64,000 nucleotides of DNA from Armatimonadota bacterium (GCA_039679645.1 JBDKUO010000009.1:74324-138323); one strand, 5' to 3'; shown: positions 19,658 through 29,433, numbered from the stretch's first letter. Numbers and translations: made by a program. The notes: a model not told the origin generated them from the letters alone.

Positions 19658-19732
19658 TGGTGGGCGGTATTGGAATTGAACCAATGACCTCTTCGGTGTC
19701 AACGAAGCGTTCTCCCACTGAACTAACCGCCC
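19658..19732 (-). tRNA. tRNA-Val (anticodon GAC)
   Basis: The minus-strand reading is GGGCGGTTAGTTCAGTGGGAGAACGCTTCGTTGACACCGAAGAGGTCATTGGTTCAATTCCAATACCGCCCACCA. The 7-bp acceptor stem pairs GGGCGGT with ACCGCCC. The anticodon stem is CTTCG/CGAAG with loop TTGACAC. The T-arm is GGTTCAATTCC, and the CCA end is encoded. Confidence 0.85.
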
Positions 19733-19796
19733 GGGAGCATCTGAACACTATTATACAAAAGTGGCAGCGAGTTGTAAATAGCTACGCGTGCTGAGT

Positions 19797-21215
19797 TTAT
19801 AGATTTGATTCGCCATGCTTAGGCCGCTGCGTGTCACTGACTATCCCGATCGACTTTGCCTGAACCGCATCATCCCCAGTTTGCGCACAGCCCACCGCAA
19901 TAATCTTTGCCTGAGGCGGATAACGATCATTAGATACGACTTCAGTAATGTCGCGTCCATCAGGCTGGGATATTTTTCTATACACTGTGACTCTCACTCC
20001 CCTCGCGCCCTTGTCCGTGACTTTATGAGCGCCCGGCGCCAGGGTAGGATCGGTCACAGTCTCCGCCGGTTTGGGAGGCGAATACTTAACAGGACCAGTA
20101 TATATCCTCACCGACTTCTTATCCTGCGAAGAGCCGTAAAGGTCAACAGTAATATTTCCCCGGCTGATACTTGTCAGGATGCAGACGGGCGAAGAGTCGG
20201 AGTTCTCGAACCTGAAATCGCGCAGACCGTAGGCAACCGTGGCATCGCGCCCCGCGCCTACATAAGGGACTGTCCGCGAGTGTGGATGACGCTCGACAAT
20301 ATGCATCCCCGAAAGCAAAACAGCGTTATACAGGGTAGTCGAAACCTGACAAATTCCGCCGCCAACTCCAGGCTCCAGTTTACCCTTCACAAAGATGGGA
20401 GCGTTTCTAAAACCTCTGCCCAAAGCCCTTGGCCCGACCACATCGTTATATGAAAACTCCTGACCCGGCTTGAGGATCACGCCATTTATCGATCTGGCGG
20501 CTAATGTAAGGTTATGAGTGCGATCTATCTTGCCCGGGTTAAATGGTGTTGTAAACCGCGCGAGCAGCGTATCGATGCCGCGAGCTTCCTCGGCTGTCAC
20601 ATCCGGTTTATCTGAAACAACCGGCAGTGTGACAACCATTTTATCTGATCTCATTGCATTCGAGATAATGCTGGCGGCACTGCGCTCATCCAGTTCGATC
20701 CCGATACTGTCCTGCTCGACCTCCAGATGTCCGGCAATTACTTTGATCCTGGCATCCTTGTGCGGCCTGTTGACTGATTTAGCAACCTTTGCGACAGTCT
20801 TCTCTATCTCATTACGATCAAGCGCAATCCAAGCATTAATCCGCTTACCCGCACCGGTCGGAGTCAACACACATATCATGCGGTTTATAATATTGCCCTT
20901 TCGACCAACCTCGAAGGCTTTACCGACTGACTCTTTCCATTTTACCTGAGCACCGAAATCGGCAACCGATCCTATCCACCGTAAATCGAGAGCCGCAAGT
21001 GTGATTCTCCTATCCGCCCGCTTGGCAGCCCAGGCGCGCATGACTTTCTCCGCTTGAGCGCGACTGAGTCCGGATACACTCACTCCCGATATAGTGACCC
21101 CCTTGCAGATGTGGTCACCCGCGCCAAACGACAGCGTTTTTGCAAGCGCCGCCGCAATCGGAATCACGACTATGAGCGCGATAATAATCGCCTTATGACT
21201 CGCCCTGAATTTCAA
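19797..21215 (-). CDS. VanW-family protein with an N-terminal membrane anchor
   Basis: An N-terminal TM segment (IIIALIVVIPIAAALA) and the conserved VanW core ...GGGICQVSTTLYNAVLLSGM... Confidence 0.75.
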   Translation of the reverse strand: MKFRASHKAIIIALIVVIPIAAALAKTLSFGAGDHICKGVTISGVSVSGLSRAQAEKVMRAWAAKRADRRITLAALDLRWIGSVADFGAQVKWKESVGKAFEVGRKGNIINRMICVLTPTGAGKRINAWIALDRNEIEKTVAKVAKSVNRPHKDARIKVIAGHLEVEQDSIGIELDERSAASIISNAMRSDKMVVTLPVVSDKPDVTAEEARGIDTLLARFTTPFNPGKIDRTHNLTLAARSINGVILKPGQEFSYNDVVGPRALGRGFRNAPIFVKGKLEPGVGGGICQVSTTLYNAVLLSGMHIVERHPHSRTVPYVGAGRDATVAYGLRDFRFENSDSSPVCILTSISRGNITVDLYGSSQDKKSVRIYTGPVKYSPPKPAETVTDPTLAPGAHKVTDKGARGVRVTVYRKISQPDGRDITEVVSNDRYPPQAKIIAVGCAQTGDDAVQAKSIGIVSDTQRPKHGESNL

Positions 21216-21285
21216 TTCAAGCCTCTTAAAAATGGTTCAGGCTGCCGGTGCAATACTGGCAGCATATCTTACTACCACCCAATAC

Positions 21286-22728
21286 CTAGGTCGTTTTGTG
21301 CCAGAGTGTCCCGCCGGCAGTGTCCTCCAGAGCGATCCCATGCTCGCTTAGTTGCTTTCTAATCTCATCTGCACGCGCCCAGTTTTTGGACAATCTCGCC
21401 TGCTCGCGCTCTTTTATGAGCGCTTCAATGTCGGAATCCACACTTGTAGCCTGCTCTGCAGCTTCGCGCAATTTTAGCCCCAGCACGCGGTCAAAGTCAT
21501 ATAGAGCGTCCAGCACGCCGTATTCCCCACGTTTCTCGGCTTCGCGAATAAGCTCGTTCACTGCAGCCATAGCCTGCGGCATGTTCAGGTCGTCCGTGAT
21601 GGACTGCTCAAATTTTTCTCTATACTCGGCTACCCATGGCTGCTCCTCGCCGCCGATCTGCTTGGCTCGAGCGACAAAGTCTTTCAGGTTCTGATAGCCC
21701 GAGGCTGCCGCATCAAGAGCATCCCAGGTAAACTTCAGCTTGCTGCGGTAATGAGCCGAAAATGACATGAACCGATATGCAAGCGGGTCATAACCCCTAT
21801 CTATTAACGTTTGGATGCGCAAAAAGTTACCTTCACTCTTACCCATCCTGCGCTCTTCGGCGTCTTCCTCGCCTGCCCGCTTGGTCAGATCGCCGACAAT
21901 GAGAAATGTCCCATGCAGCCAGTATCGCGCGAACTGCTTGCCTGTGGCGGCTTCACTTTGCGCAATCTCATTCGGATGGTGCACCCAAATGGCATCTTCA
22001 CCACCTGTGTGAATGTCAAGCGTTTCACCGAGGTATTTCATCGACATAGCAGAGCACTCTATGTGCCACCCCGGAAAACCTATTCCCCACGGCGATTCCC
22101 ATCGCATAATGTGGTTCTCGAACCGGCCAACGGCCTTAAACCATATCGCGAAATCAGCCGGGTTGCGCTTATCGGGGTCTTCTTGCACTTCCTCGCGCGC
22201 ACCAGTCACCTTCTCATCGAGAGACTGCCCTGTGAACTTCGTATAATCCGGGAAAGTGGACACATCGAAATAGACAGCCTGAGCGGTCTCATATGCATGC
22301 CCACGCTCCAGGAGCTTTTCAACCAGTGCGATCATCTCAGGCACATGCTCAGTCGCCCGGCACTTTACCACCGGGGACTCGATATTAAGCGCTTCGATGT
22401 CCTTAAAAAATTGCTCCTCGTAGAAACGGGCTATCTGCCACGGGTCCCTACCCGTCTTTCGCGCCTCTTTCTCCATCTTGTCTTCGCCCATGTCCGCATC
22501 CGAGGTCAGATGGCCGACATCAGTGATGTTCATTACATGTTTGACTTCGTAGCCCTCGTATTCAAGAGTGCGGCGCAGTATGTCATTAAATATGTATGTT
22601 CGGAGATTACCGATGTGCGCATAGTTATACACAGTGGGCCCGCAGGTATACAACCTCACATTGCCGGGTTCAATAGGCGTAAAATCTTCTTTTTTACGCG
22701 TGGCCGTATTAAAGAGTTGCAGAGACAT
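21286..22728 (-). CDS. cysS: Cysteine--tRNA ligase
   Basis: [16 protein letters not shown]...[19 protein letters not shown] is the class I HIGH motif. ...KMGKSEGNF is a KMSKS-like motif. The Zn-binding region is W..HIEC. The start is taken at the internal MSLQ, because the listed ORF begins at an upstream alternative start codon. Confidence 0.9.
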   Translation of the reverse strand: MSLQLFNTATRKKEDFTPIEPGNVRLYTCGPTVYNYAHIGNLRTYIFNDILRRTLEYEGYEVKHVMNITDVGHLTSDADMGEDKMEKEARKTGRDPWQIARFYEEQFFKDIEALNIESPVVKCRATEHVPEMIALVEKLLERGHAYETAQAVYFDVSTFPDYTKFTGQSLDEKVTGAREEVQEDPDKRNPADFAIWFKAVGRFENHIMRWESPWGIGFPGWHIECSAMSMKYLGETLDIHTGGEDAIWVHHPNEIAQSEAATGKQFARYWLHGTFLIVGDLTKRAGEEDAEERRMGKSEGNFLRIQTLIDRGYDPLAYRFMSFSAHYRSKLKFTWDALDAAASGYQNLKDFVARAKQIGGEEQPWVAEYREKFEQSITDDLNMPQAMAAVNELIREAEKRGEYGVLDALYDFDRVLGLKLREAAEQATSVDSDIEALIKEREQARLSKNWARADEIRKQLSEHGIALEDTAGGTLWHKTT

Positions 22729-23440
22729 CTTCATCTCCTTTCTCGACTTTTTGAAACTTCTTTTCAAGCTCTTCTATCCTGAGCATCAAGCTCTTGATTA
22801 TATCCATCTCAGGATCAAGGTCGCGGCCATGAGTGAGCGGCACGCGAACACCATCCTGCATCACGACACGTCCCGGAATACCGACTACGACAGAGTTAGC
22901 CGGTACATCTTTGACCACTACTGCGTTAGCACCGACCTGCACGTTATCCCCAAGGGTAATCGCTCCCAAAACCTTAGCACCAGCTCCGATGACTACGTTA
23001 TTGCCCAGTGTCGGGTGCCGCTTTTTCTTCTCAAGGCTCACACCGCCGAGAGTCACACCATGATAGAGTAGGCAGTTCTCGCCCACCTCGGCAGTCTCAC
23101 CTATGACCACGCCCATGCCGTGGTCTATAAAGAAGCCTTTCGCAATGGTAGCTCCGGGATGGATCTCGATACCCGTCATAAACCGGTTCGTCTGCGAAAC
23201 CAGGCGTGCAGCGAACTTGAGCTTATGACGCCAAAAGAAGTTCGCAATCCGATGCCAGAAGATAGCATGCAGACCTGCATAAGTGAGCACCTCCCACGAA
23301 TTACGCGCGGCAGGGTCGTTTCGGAACACAGCTTTCCAATCGGCTCGGATGTTGTCGAACATATAAGTCTCTGTCGTCTCGCTAAAGAAAAGACCCTTCG
23401 CTATTGCGAAAGGCCCAAGTTCACACGATGAGTATAGCAT
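22709..23440 (-). CDS. cysE: Serine O-acetyltransferase
   Basis: Left-handed beta-helix hexapeptide repeats (...[41 protein letters not shown]...) and an N-terminal SAT domain. The gene lies directly upstream of cysS in the same orientation. Confidence 0.85.
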   Translation of the reverse strand: MLYSSCELGPFAIAKGLFFSETTETYMFDNIRADWKAVFRNDPAARNSWEVLTYAGLHAIFWHRIANFFWRHKLKFAARLVSQTNRFMTGIEIHPGATIAKGFFIDHGMGVVIGETAEVGENCLLYHGVTLGGVSLEKKKRHPTLGNNVVIGAGAKVLGAITLGDNVQVGANAVVVKDVPANSVVVGIPGRVVMQDGVRVPLTHGRDLDPEMDIIKSLMLRIEELEKKFQKVEKGDEDVSATL

Positions 23441-23582
23441 GTCGCTGCCTGTTTAGCAAGAATTTGCTGCGGGTGATCGTTGGGGTGTTTTTCTTCGCAG
23501 GCATATGCCCGCAAAGAATCGGAGTTAGTGAAAAAGTACAGAAGTCTTTCATGTCGCCCAGACTTTATGATTAGTAAATATG

Positions 23583-23623
23583 TAAAAAAGGACAGGCGGA
23601 GTCATACCGACTTCACCTGTCCT
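23583..23623 (-). terminator. Rho-independent terminator after GntR-1
   Basis: Hairpin ggacaggcggagtcataccgacttcacctgtcc at 23590-23622, preceded on the plus strand by an A-run at 23584-23589. On the minus strand this reads as a hairpin followed by a U-tract. Confidence 0.55.
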
Positions 23624-23804
23624 TGAATGTAGCACAGCCAGTCTGTTACCCAAAAAGCTGAGTATACTTGGTCGCTGCACCTATAAAAATCTGCAGCTTG
23701 CACTGATTGCCCGACAATTAGTACTCACACTTGCACTCACACTCACACTCAGTTGCAATTGGTGTACAAGAAGTCGAGAGAGAATCATCGACTATCGCAA
23801 GAAA

Positions 23805-24476
23805 TCAGGCAAGCTGCATTTTTATTGGCTGAAGCATGCTTTCATGCATGACACTACATAAATCGGAAAGCACCTGCTCAACATGTTCTCTCGCGCAATC
23901 TCTCGCGAGTTTCTCATCACCGGCGATGATGGCATTAACAAGAGCATCATGAATCTCCGGGCAGCACACCGACTGTCTCAGCCAAGTTGTATTGCGAATT
24001 GTATTTGTTATAACGCGAGAATTTGCAAACGTCCGACTCAACAATTGTGATCTCGTACACTGCACTATAAAACTATGCAGTTCGCTGTCAGCTTTTAGGC
24101 AGCCTTTGGTGCCCTGTGCTATTGCACAGTTCGTAAATACCGTCGCCAAGTCCCTGATCTTTTGGCGCTGCGCATCTGTTGCACGAACCGCGCAAAATCC
24201 GGCAGCCATCTGTTCCATGGACGACCTGATCATTATTGCGCATTCTATCTCATCAAATGACCAATCCATAACTTGCGCCCCGCGGTTCGGCTCATTGACG
24301 ACAAGACCATCATGTTCCAACATACATATCGCTTTGGCGACCGGAATACTGCTTGTATTGAGTTTATGCGCAAGATCACATTGTACCAGCCGCATCCCGG
24401 GCTTTAGTTTTCCGCATTCGATCAGATCACGCAGTTGCTGGTAGACATTCTCAGATATGTGTTCTGTTGACTTCAT
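23805..24476 (-). CDS. GntR/FadR-family transcriptional regulator (copy 1)
   Basis: MKSTEHISENVYQQLRDLIECGKLKPGMRLVQCDLAHKLNTSSIPVAKAICMLEHDGLV is a GntR winged-helix N-domain, followed by an FCD-type C-domain. The ATG at 24474-24476 is taken as the start because the listed ORF begins at TTG. Confidence 0.8.
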   Translation of the reverse strand: MKSTEHISENVYQQLRDLIECGKLKPGMRLVQCDLAHKLNTSSIPVAKAICMLEHDGLVVNEPNRGAQVMDWSFDEIECAIMIRSSMEQMAAGFCAVRATDAQRQKIRDLATVFTNCAIAQGTKGCLKADSELHSFIVQCTRSQLLSRTFANSRVITNTIRNTTWLRQSVCCPEIHDALVNAIIAGDEKLARDCAREHVEQVLSDLCSVMHESMLQPIKMQLA

Positions 24477-24520
24477 GTTAATTCGACTCAATAAATCATA
24501 TTAGCAGCCTATCATTATTA

Positions 24521-24568
24521 TCTATACCATGATTACAACTGCATGTCAACTATAAGATGCATTATTTC
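24521..24568 (-). promoter_or_regulatory. Conserved sigma70-like promoter box of the GntR genes (TTGACA, 17 nt, TATAGA, as read on the minus strand)
   Basis: Plus-strand tcTATACCATGATTACAACTGCATGTCAACTATAAG. The same box recurs at 29531, 33911 and 38262. Confidence 0.45.
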
Positions 24569-24657
24569 ATTCGTGTTTGTAGTGCTATGTGATGGCTTAT
24601 TTGCTGTAGCATTCTTGGAGGTTGTCATGCATTCGATGGATAAAAATATGCCGGGCG

Positions 24658-24697
24658 CACAAAAAAGCAGGTGGGATCAAAATTGATCCCACCTGCT
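24658..24697 (-). terminator. Rho-independent terminator of paralog 1
   Basis: Perfect hairpin gcaggtgggatca-aaatt-gatcccacctgc at 24667-24696, followed on the minus strand by a T-run. A second small hairpin, gtgcggtcacccgcac, lies between the stop codon and the terminator. Confidence 0.7.
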
Positions 24698-24743
24698 CAT
24701 TTAGTCAGTGCGGTCACCCGCACTTATTACGTATTAACTTAGC

Positions 24744-27700
24744 CTACGGAGTCACAGGGTTGAGTGAGTAGCCAAGGCCGGGATATGGAGCATATCCGCC
24801 ATAGCCGGTGCCTCCAGCATACTCACTATCAACTATCTGGCTTCCTAGAGTATATGCACCCGTACCATTAACTACCTTGAACAGAATACTGTTCAAGCCC
24901 TTATGCAGTGTAATGGGACAAGAATTACCGCCGATTAAGTGAGTTGTTTCGGTGCGGAACACTTCTGTGCCACCATTAACATAATACTTCAGCGCGTCAT
25001 CAGAACCCGACACCAAAACAACACTAGGCGCTTCAGTGTCAGACCAGACATAAATATGCGCGTAGGCAGCGCAGTTGATATTGGTTCCGCCAAGCACTGC
25101 ATTCAAGTCGAGTTTCTCGTTTGCACTTGTCGCTTTGAACCAGGTCTTGCCGGCAGTTGTCATACCTTCAACCGGGAAGACAGTGGCGCCGATACTCGAC
25201 TCACCAATGAAGTCTGTATCAAGGTTCGTCACTTTGTCCGTGCCTGCTGTGAACGGACCAAGCACCAGATACTGGATCGGATACTTGTAGGTGCCGGTAA
25301 ACGGCAGAGCATGCATATTGTCTGAGTCATAGACCCAGTCGGCTCGCTCGTTTCTCATGTAGAGAACGGTTCCGTCCGTATCCTTACTTACACATCCGCG
25401 AACTCTGATGTAATCGTCATTGGCAGGCATCGTGAACTCACCGCCGCACAGCACCTTGATCGGCGAGGCGGAGCCGTCACTGATGTTGAAGCTGCTGGTC
25501 CCAACGTTGGAAACCTTGCCCCATGTCTTGATGAACAGACCCTGAGACACGCTGTCAGCAGCGGCCTTGTTGTTCATACTAAGTTCGGCAAGTGCCGGAC
25601 CGTCCGGACATGTTGTGGTTGCCAGACGTGTGATTGCCGTTGCTTCGACATATTTCTCATCGGTACCGGTAGTCGTATAGACTTTACCTGCGACAGAAAC
25701 CTTGTCGCCGAACTGAATAGTCGTCGGCATGCTGGTCATATGGACCTTGATCCCGGATGTGCGGTCCGCGGTCTCAATGAAGATTGTGTCGGTAGGCACG
25801 CCGCCGCCGGGTGTAGCAGTAACTACTGCACTGGGGATGATTGTACCACCACCATCAGGAGTGTTCTTTGCTCCCGGTATAGCGTACGGCTGCGTACCAA
25901 GTGTTGTGTCGCGGAGCGCTATCTCACCAATACCAATGTACTGAGTGGTCTTAAGATCGTCACGGTATGCCTGAGGCTGCGTATAAGCATTGCTGCTAGA
26001 CGCTGTGGCATATACACGCCAGTACCTTGCAGAGGTGCTGGGGAACTTGATGGTATCCGCAGCAGCAGTGTAAGGCATCTTGACCAAGACCTTCATTGTG
26101 GCTGTGCCAGTGCCGGCAAGGACAGAGGTTATGCTGCCGGCATTGCTTAGGGCGTTGCTTGTCCAGGATGTAGGATACCCACCAGTACCGGTTGTGGTGC
26201 TGTAGAGTGTATTCCATGTCCCTGTCGCCGGATCCTGCCCGTCAGCGAGATAGTCTATACTATAGGATTTAGCATTAGCATATGTCCAATACACAGTGGC
26301 TTCGGATAGGCTTCTATCCTGCCCCAAGTCCACTTGAAGGTATGTGGGCATATTCTTAATGAAGTTGGCTGTGGTTTCAGGAGGCGTCTGGAACCAAGTG
26401 CTGAAAACGCCATCGGTAGCCTTGCTTGCAGTATATGTTGAATATACGTTGTTTGATGCTGCTGTTGCAAGCAAAGCCCAGTTGAATTTTGCATTGTTGA
26501 GCGTAAAGTTAGCCGTAGCAGAGCTTGTCTCGCTGCTAAGGGTCACTGTGCTCGCATCAGTGCCGGCATAGCCTTCTTTCCAGGAGGACACATAATATGT
26601 TGTGCTGCCGCTGACTCCACCGACCGACACCTGATAAGTGCCGTCCGAGTTGGTTGTCGTGTAGATGCCGTCAGCGTTATCAATCAGCGGATGATCTGAT
26701 GTTGACACAGATACCATTGCGCCAGCCACCGGATTGCCATTGGCATCCGTAACGGTGCCGTGGATTCCGTAAGACTGGTTTGTGTCGTATCCTGTGTCGA
26801 ATGCCAAAAGTTGGTCAGCCCATCCGGCATAGAGTGTGCCGTCGTCAGCCAATGCAAGGCTGCCGGGGATAGGAACATTATATGAGCCTATTGGACGGTT
26901 TGTGCCACAGGATATGTTATATCCATTCGGCTGGATATAGTTGGAGATGTTTGCGTTATAAGCCCAGAGAATCTTTGGATGATCTCCAAGGTCCTCAACG
27001 CAGTATACATGACCTTTTCCAGCAGCCACATAAACGATCTTATGGCTGCTGTTGCTGATAACAACAGCATTGGACATATCAGCGCCCAGTTCGCCGGGCA
27101 TGTCCAGGGTCCACTTGATTGTGGCGGAAGTGCCGTTATCTGTTACTGCGACCAGTCTGCCGCTGGGATTATATCTCACTCTGGAACCCTGATTGTTTGT
27201 CGGGATCGGGTCTATGGCGGAACCGGTAACATACAGGGTTCCGTCCGCGCCGACAGCCGGTGAGAACATACAACTGGTGGGAAGATCGATCTGCCAATTA
27301 GCTACACCGGTGAGCGGGCTGAATGAAGTCAGCTCCTTGCATGCATGGTCGGTAGCTGAGCCATTGTTATACCACTGGTCGAAACCGGCAATATACATTT
27401 TAGTTCCGTCATTGGACATGACCGGCTGGCTTCTATGGAAGCCGAATGTTTTTTGCCAAAGGAGTGTAGGTTGTACACCAGTGCCGTTGTCGGCAAGGGC
27501 CATAAAGCTCTTGTGCGGGATGTAATTCGGGCTGGTAATGGTCGTCCAATCGTAAATCCATCCACCGCCCCTGAAGATCACGTTCTTGGTCGTGCCGCTT
27601 ACATCCATCGGAATGACAAGGCACGTTCCGGTTTCGGGTCCTACACCACTTTCCAAAGTGGGCTGGAAGTTTCCGCCACTATCTTGGGAATCTCCATAGC

Positions 27701-28376
27701 CCCAGTCTCGGGCCATGGTGGTCGGATTAATTGCCTGAACCATTCCACTCAGGTCGCCGTATGAGCTAAAGGCTGTGGTGACATAAATTTCGCCATTGGC
27801 TGCAACTGTAGGAGTACAGGCTGCATATCTGTTCCAGGAGTTTGGTTTGAGAGCGCAGTTTATAGACCACGCAGAAGCTCCTGAAGCCGGATTTATGTCA
27901 TGCATAAAAAGGTTGGTCCCGTTTCCGGATGCATCAAACCCGGGTCCAGCCAGGTAGCTATAGTTGCTGTTTGTGCCAGTGACAGCAGGGCCGCCCAGCA
28001 TGGCGTCGTAATTGTTGTCGCCCGGTTTACAGAGGGTAGGTATGCTAGTGTTCCACTGCAATACACCTGATGAGTTAAACTTGGCAAGTGACCAGGGCCT
28101 AGAACAGCTCACAACCACGTTTCCGTCAGGATCAACGATGATTCCGCACTTGGCGACGTCCGACCAGGCGGTCGTTGAGCAAGCCGAATCTATGGTGAGT
28201 GTGCGCTGCCATTTCAATACTGGCTTTGCGATTGTTGTGGCCGGGCTGCGTCCGCTGTTGTAAGCATCACGCTGGAATCTCGGCCAGTTAGCCGTCGGTA
28301 TCTGTGCTATCGCTGCCAGCGATAATGCCAAAACACCGATCAAGACTAATACTGCAATCCATCTTGTCTTTTGCAT
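24744..28376 (-). CDS. Large secreted multidomain protein, paralog 1 of 5 (signal peptide, PQQ-like beta-propeller, CarbopepD_reg-like domain, F5/8 discoidin domain, conserved C-terminal module with a GY-rich tail)
   Basis: The N-terminus is MQKTRWIAVLVLIGVLALSLAAIAQIPTANWPRFQRDAYNSGRSPAT. DGT(L/I)Y propeller blades repeat along the sequence. ...HGTVTDANGNPVAGAMVSVSTS...DGTYQ is CarbopepD_reg-like. ...ATDGVFSTWFQT...YLQVDLGQDRSLSEATVYW is discoidin. The C-terminus reads ...LNSILFKVVNG...GYGGYAPYPGLGYSLNPVTP. Confidence 0.85.
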   Translation of the reverse strand: MQKTRWIAVLVLIGVLALSLAAIAQIPTANWPRFQRDAYNSGRSPATTIAKPVLKWQRTLTIDSACSTTAWSDVAKCGIIVDPDGNVVVSCSRPWSLAKFNSSGVLQWNTSIPTLCKPGDNNYDAMLGGPAVTGTNSNYSYLAGPGFDASGNGTNLFMHDINPASGASAWSINCALKPNSWNRYAACTPTVAANGEIYVTTAFSSYGDLSGMVQAINPTTMARDWGYGDSQDSGGNFQPTLESGVGPETGTCLVIPMDVSGTTKNVIFRGGGWIYDWTTITSPNYIPHKSFMALADNGTGVQPTLLWQKTFGFHRSQPVMSNDGTKMYIAGFDQWYNNGSATDHACKELTSFSPLTGVANWQIDLPTSCMFSPAVGADGTLYVTGSAIDPIPTNNQGSRVRYNPSGRLVAVTDNGTSATIKWTLDMPGELGADMSNAVVISNSSHKIVYVAAGKGHVYCVEDLGDHPKILWAYNANISNYIQPNGYNISCGTNRPIGSYNVPIPGSLALADDGTLYAGWADQLLAFDTGYDTNQSYGIHGTVTDANGNPVAGAMVSVSTSDHPLIDNADGIYTTTNSDGTYQVSVGGVSGSTTYYVSSWKEGYAGTDASTVTLSSETSSATANFTLNNAKFNWALLATAASNNVYSTYTASKATDGVFSTWFQTPPETTANFIKNMPTYLQVDLGQDRSLSEATVYWTYANAKSYSIDYLADGQDPATGTWNTLYSTTTGTGGYPTSWTSNALSNAGSITSVLAGTGTATMKVLVKMPYTAAADTIKFPSTSARYWRVYATASSSNAYTQPQAYRDDLKTTQYIGIGEIALRDTTLGTQPYAIPGAKNTPDGGGTIIPSAVVTATPGGGVPTDTIFIETADRTSGIKVHMTSMPTTIQFGDKVSVAGKVYTTTGTDEKYVEATAITRLATTTCPDGPALAELSMNNKAAADSVSQGLFIKTWGKVSNVGTSSFNISDGSASPIKVLCGGEFTMPANDDYIRVRGCVSKDTDGTVLYMRNERADWVYDSDNMHALPFTGTYKYPIQYLVLGPFTAGTDKVTNLDTDFIGESSIGATVFPVEGMTTAGKTWFKATSANEKLDLNAVLGGTNINCAAYAHIYVWSDTEAPSVVLVSGSDDALKYYVNGGTEVFRTETTHLIGGNSCPITLHKGLNSILFKVVNGTGAYTLGSQIVDSEYAGGTGYGGYAPYPGLGYSLNPVTP

Positions 28377-28509
28377 TACTTTCTCTCCTTTTTATAGTGA
28401 CGTTTTTGGCAAGAATGATTAAGCACAATTGATGTGCTTATACTTGACTAGTTGATAATTTTCTGAGCGGCTATTCCGGGATTGGGATATTTCTTCACGG
28501 GGTCCGCCC

Positions 28510-28650
28510 TTCCTTTATGTCCCCTCCTTCTCGGTTGCGAGGGGGCTTTCTATGAAGCCCTCAACGCGAAATCTGCCGAGAAGCCTACCGCCCCGCATCG
28601 CGAGGCGGCGTCTTCTCTGTGCTTTATGGCCACTATATCTTCAAATCTGC
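28510..28650 (-). promoter_or_regulatory. Conserved structured leader of paralog 1: two hairpins plus a conserved box, about 200 nt upstream of the start codon
   Basis: Hairpin A is gagggggctttc-tatg-aagccctc. Hairpin B is ccgccccgcatcgcgaggcgg. The box ggccactatatcttcaaatctgcagcctgcc follows. Copies are present upstream of all five paralogs, and their stems carry compensatory base changes. Confidence 0.5.
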
Positions 28651-28752
28651 AGCCTGCCTTAGGCAATTCATACTCACACTTGCACTCACACTCACACTTT
28701 ACTGCAATCGGCATACTTGACACCGGGAGAGAATTATCGACTATTGCAAGAA

Positions 28753-29433
28753 TCAGGCAAACTGCATTATTTTTGGCCTAGGCATGCTTTCATGCATGAC
28801 CCGGCACAAATCGGAAAGCACTTCCTCAACATGTTCTCTCGCACGGTCTTTCGCGAGTTCTTCATCACCGGAGATGATGGCATCAACAAGACTATCATGA
28901 ATACTTGGACAGCATACCGGCAGCCTCAGCCACGTTGCATTGCGGATTGTGTTTGTAATTACACGGGAATTGCTGAGAGTCCGACTAAGCAATTGTGAAC
29001 CCGAACACTGCACAATGAAAGCATGTAAGTCGGAATCCGCCTTCAGACAGCCGGCGGTGTCCTGTACAATCGCGCAATCTGTGAATGCCTTGGCAAGTTC
29101 CTTGATCTTTTCGCGCTGCTGGGTGGTTGCCCGAATCGCGCAAAATCCGGCAGCTATTTGCTCCATAGACGATCTGATCATGATCGCGCATTCTATCTCA
29201 TCAACTGACCAGTCTCTGACCTGTGCGCCCCGATTGAGTTCGCATACGACTAGCCCATCGTGCTCCAACCTGCATATTGCTTTTGCGACAGGAATGCTGC
29301 TTGTATTAAGCATCCGAGCAAGATCACGCTGTATTAGACGCATGCCGGGTTTCAGTTTTCCGCATTCAATCATATCGCGCAGTCGTTCGTAGACAGTCTC
29401 GGATATGTTTTCAGTCAGTTTCATTTCAATCAT
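28753..29433 (-). CDS. GntR/FadR-family transcriptional regulator (copy 2, about 75% identical to copy 1)
   Basis: MKLTENISETVYERLRDMIECGKLKPGMRLIQRDLARMLNTSSIPVAKAICRLEHDGLV.... The start is placed by alignment with copy 1. An alternative ATG lies at 29424. Confidence 0.8.
   Translation of the reverse strand: MIEMKLTENISETVYERLRDMIECGKLKPGMRLIQRDLARMLNTSSIPVAKAICRLEHDGLVVCELNRGAQVRDWSVDEIECAIMIRSSMEQIAAGFCAIRATTQQREKIKELAKAFTDCAIVQDTAGCLKADSDLHAFIVQCSGSQLLSRTLSNSRVITNTIRNATWLRLPVCCPSIHDSLVDAIISGDEELAKDRAREHVEEVLSDLCRVMHESMPRPKIMQFA

Noticed and set aside
23441-23804. A T-box riboswitch upstream of the cysE-cysS operon
   Set aside because: I looked for the T-box consensus (AATTAGGGTGGNACCGCG) and a specifier loop on the minus strand and did not find a convincing match. 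Only a short imperfect palindrome (gcaggcatatgcccgc) is present.
28441-28560. A small upstream ORF (GTG start, 16-26 aa) inside the conserved leader, as a possible leader peptide
   Set aside because: Between paralog copies the region is conserved at the nucleotide level, but indels break the frame. For example VKKYPNPGIAAQKIIN in one copy reads VQNLFQIRNYRTENRV... in another. The element is therefore more likely an RNA or DNA signal than a peptide.
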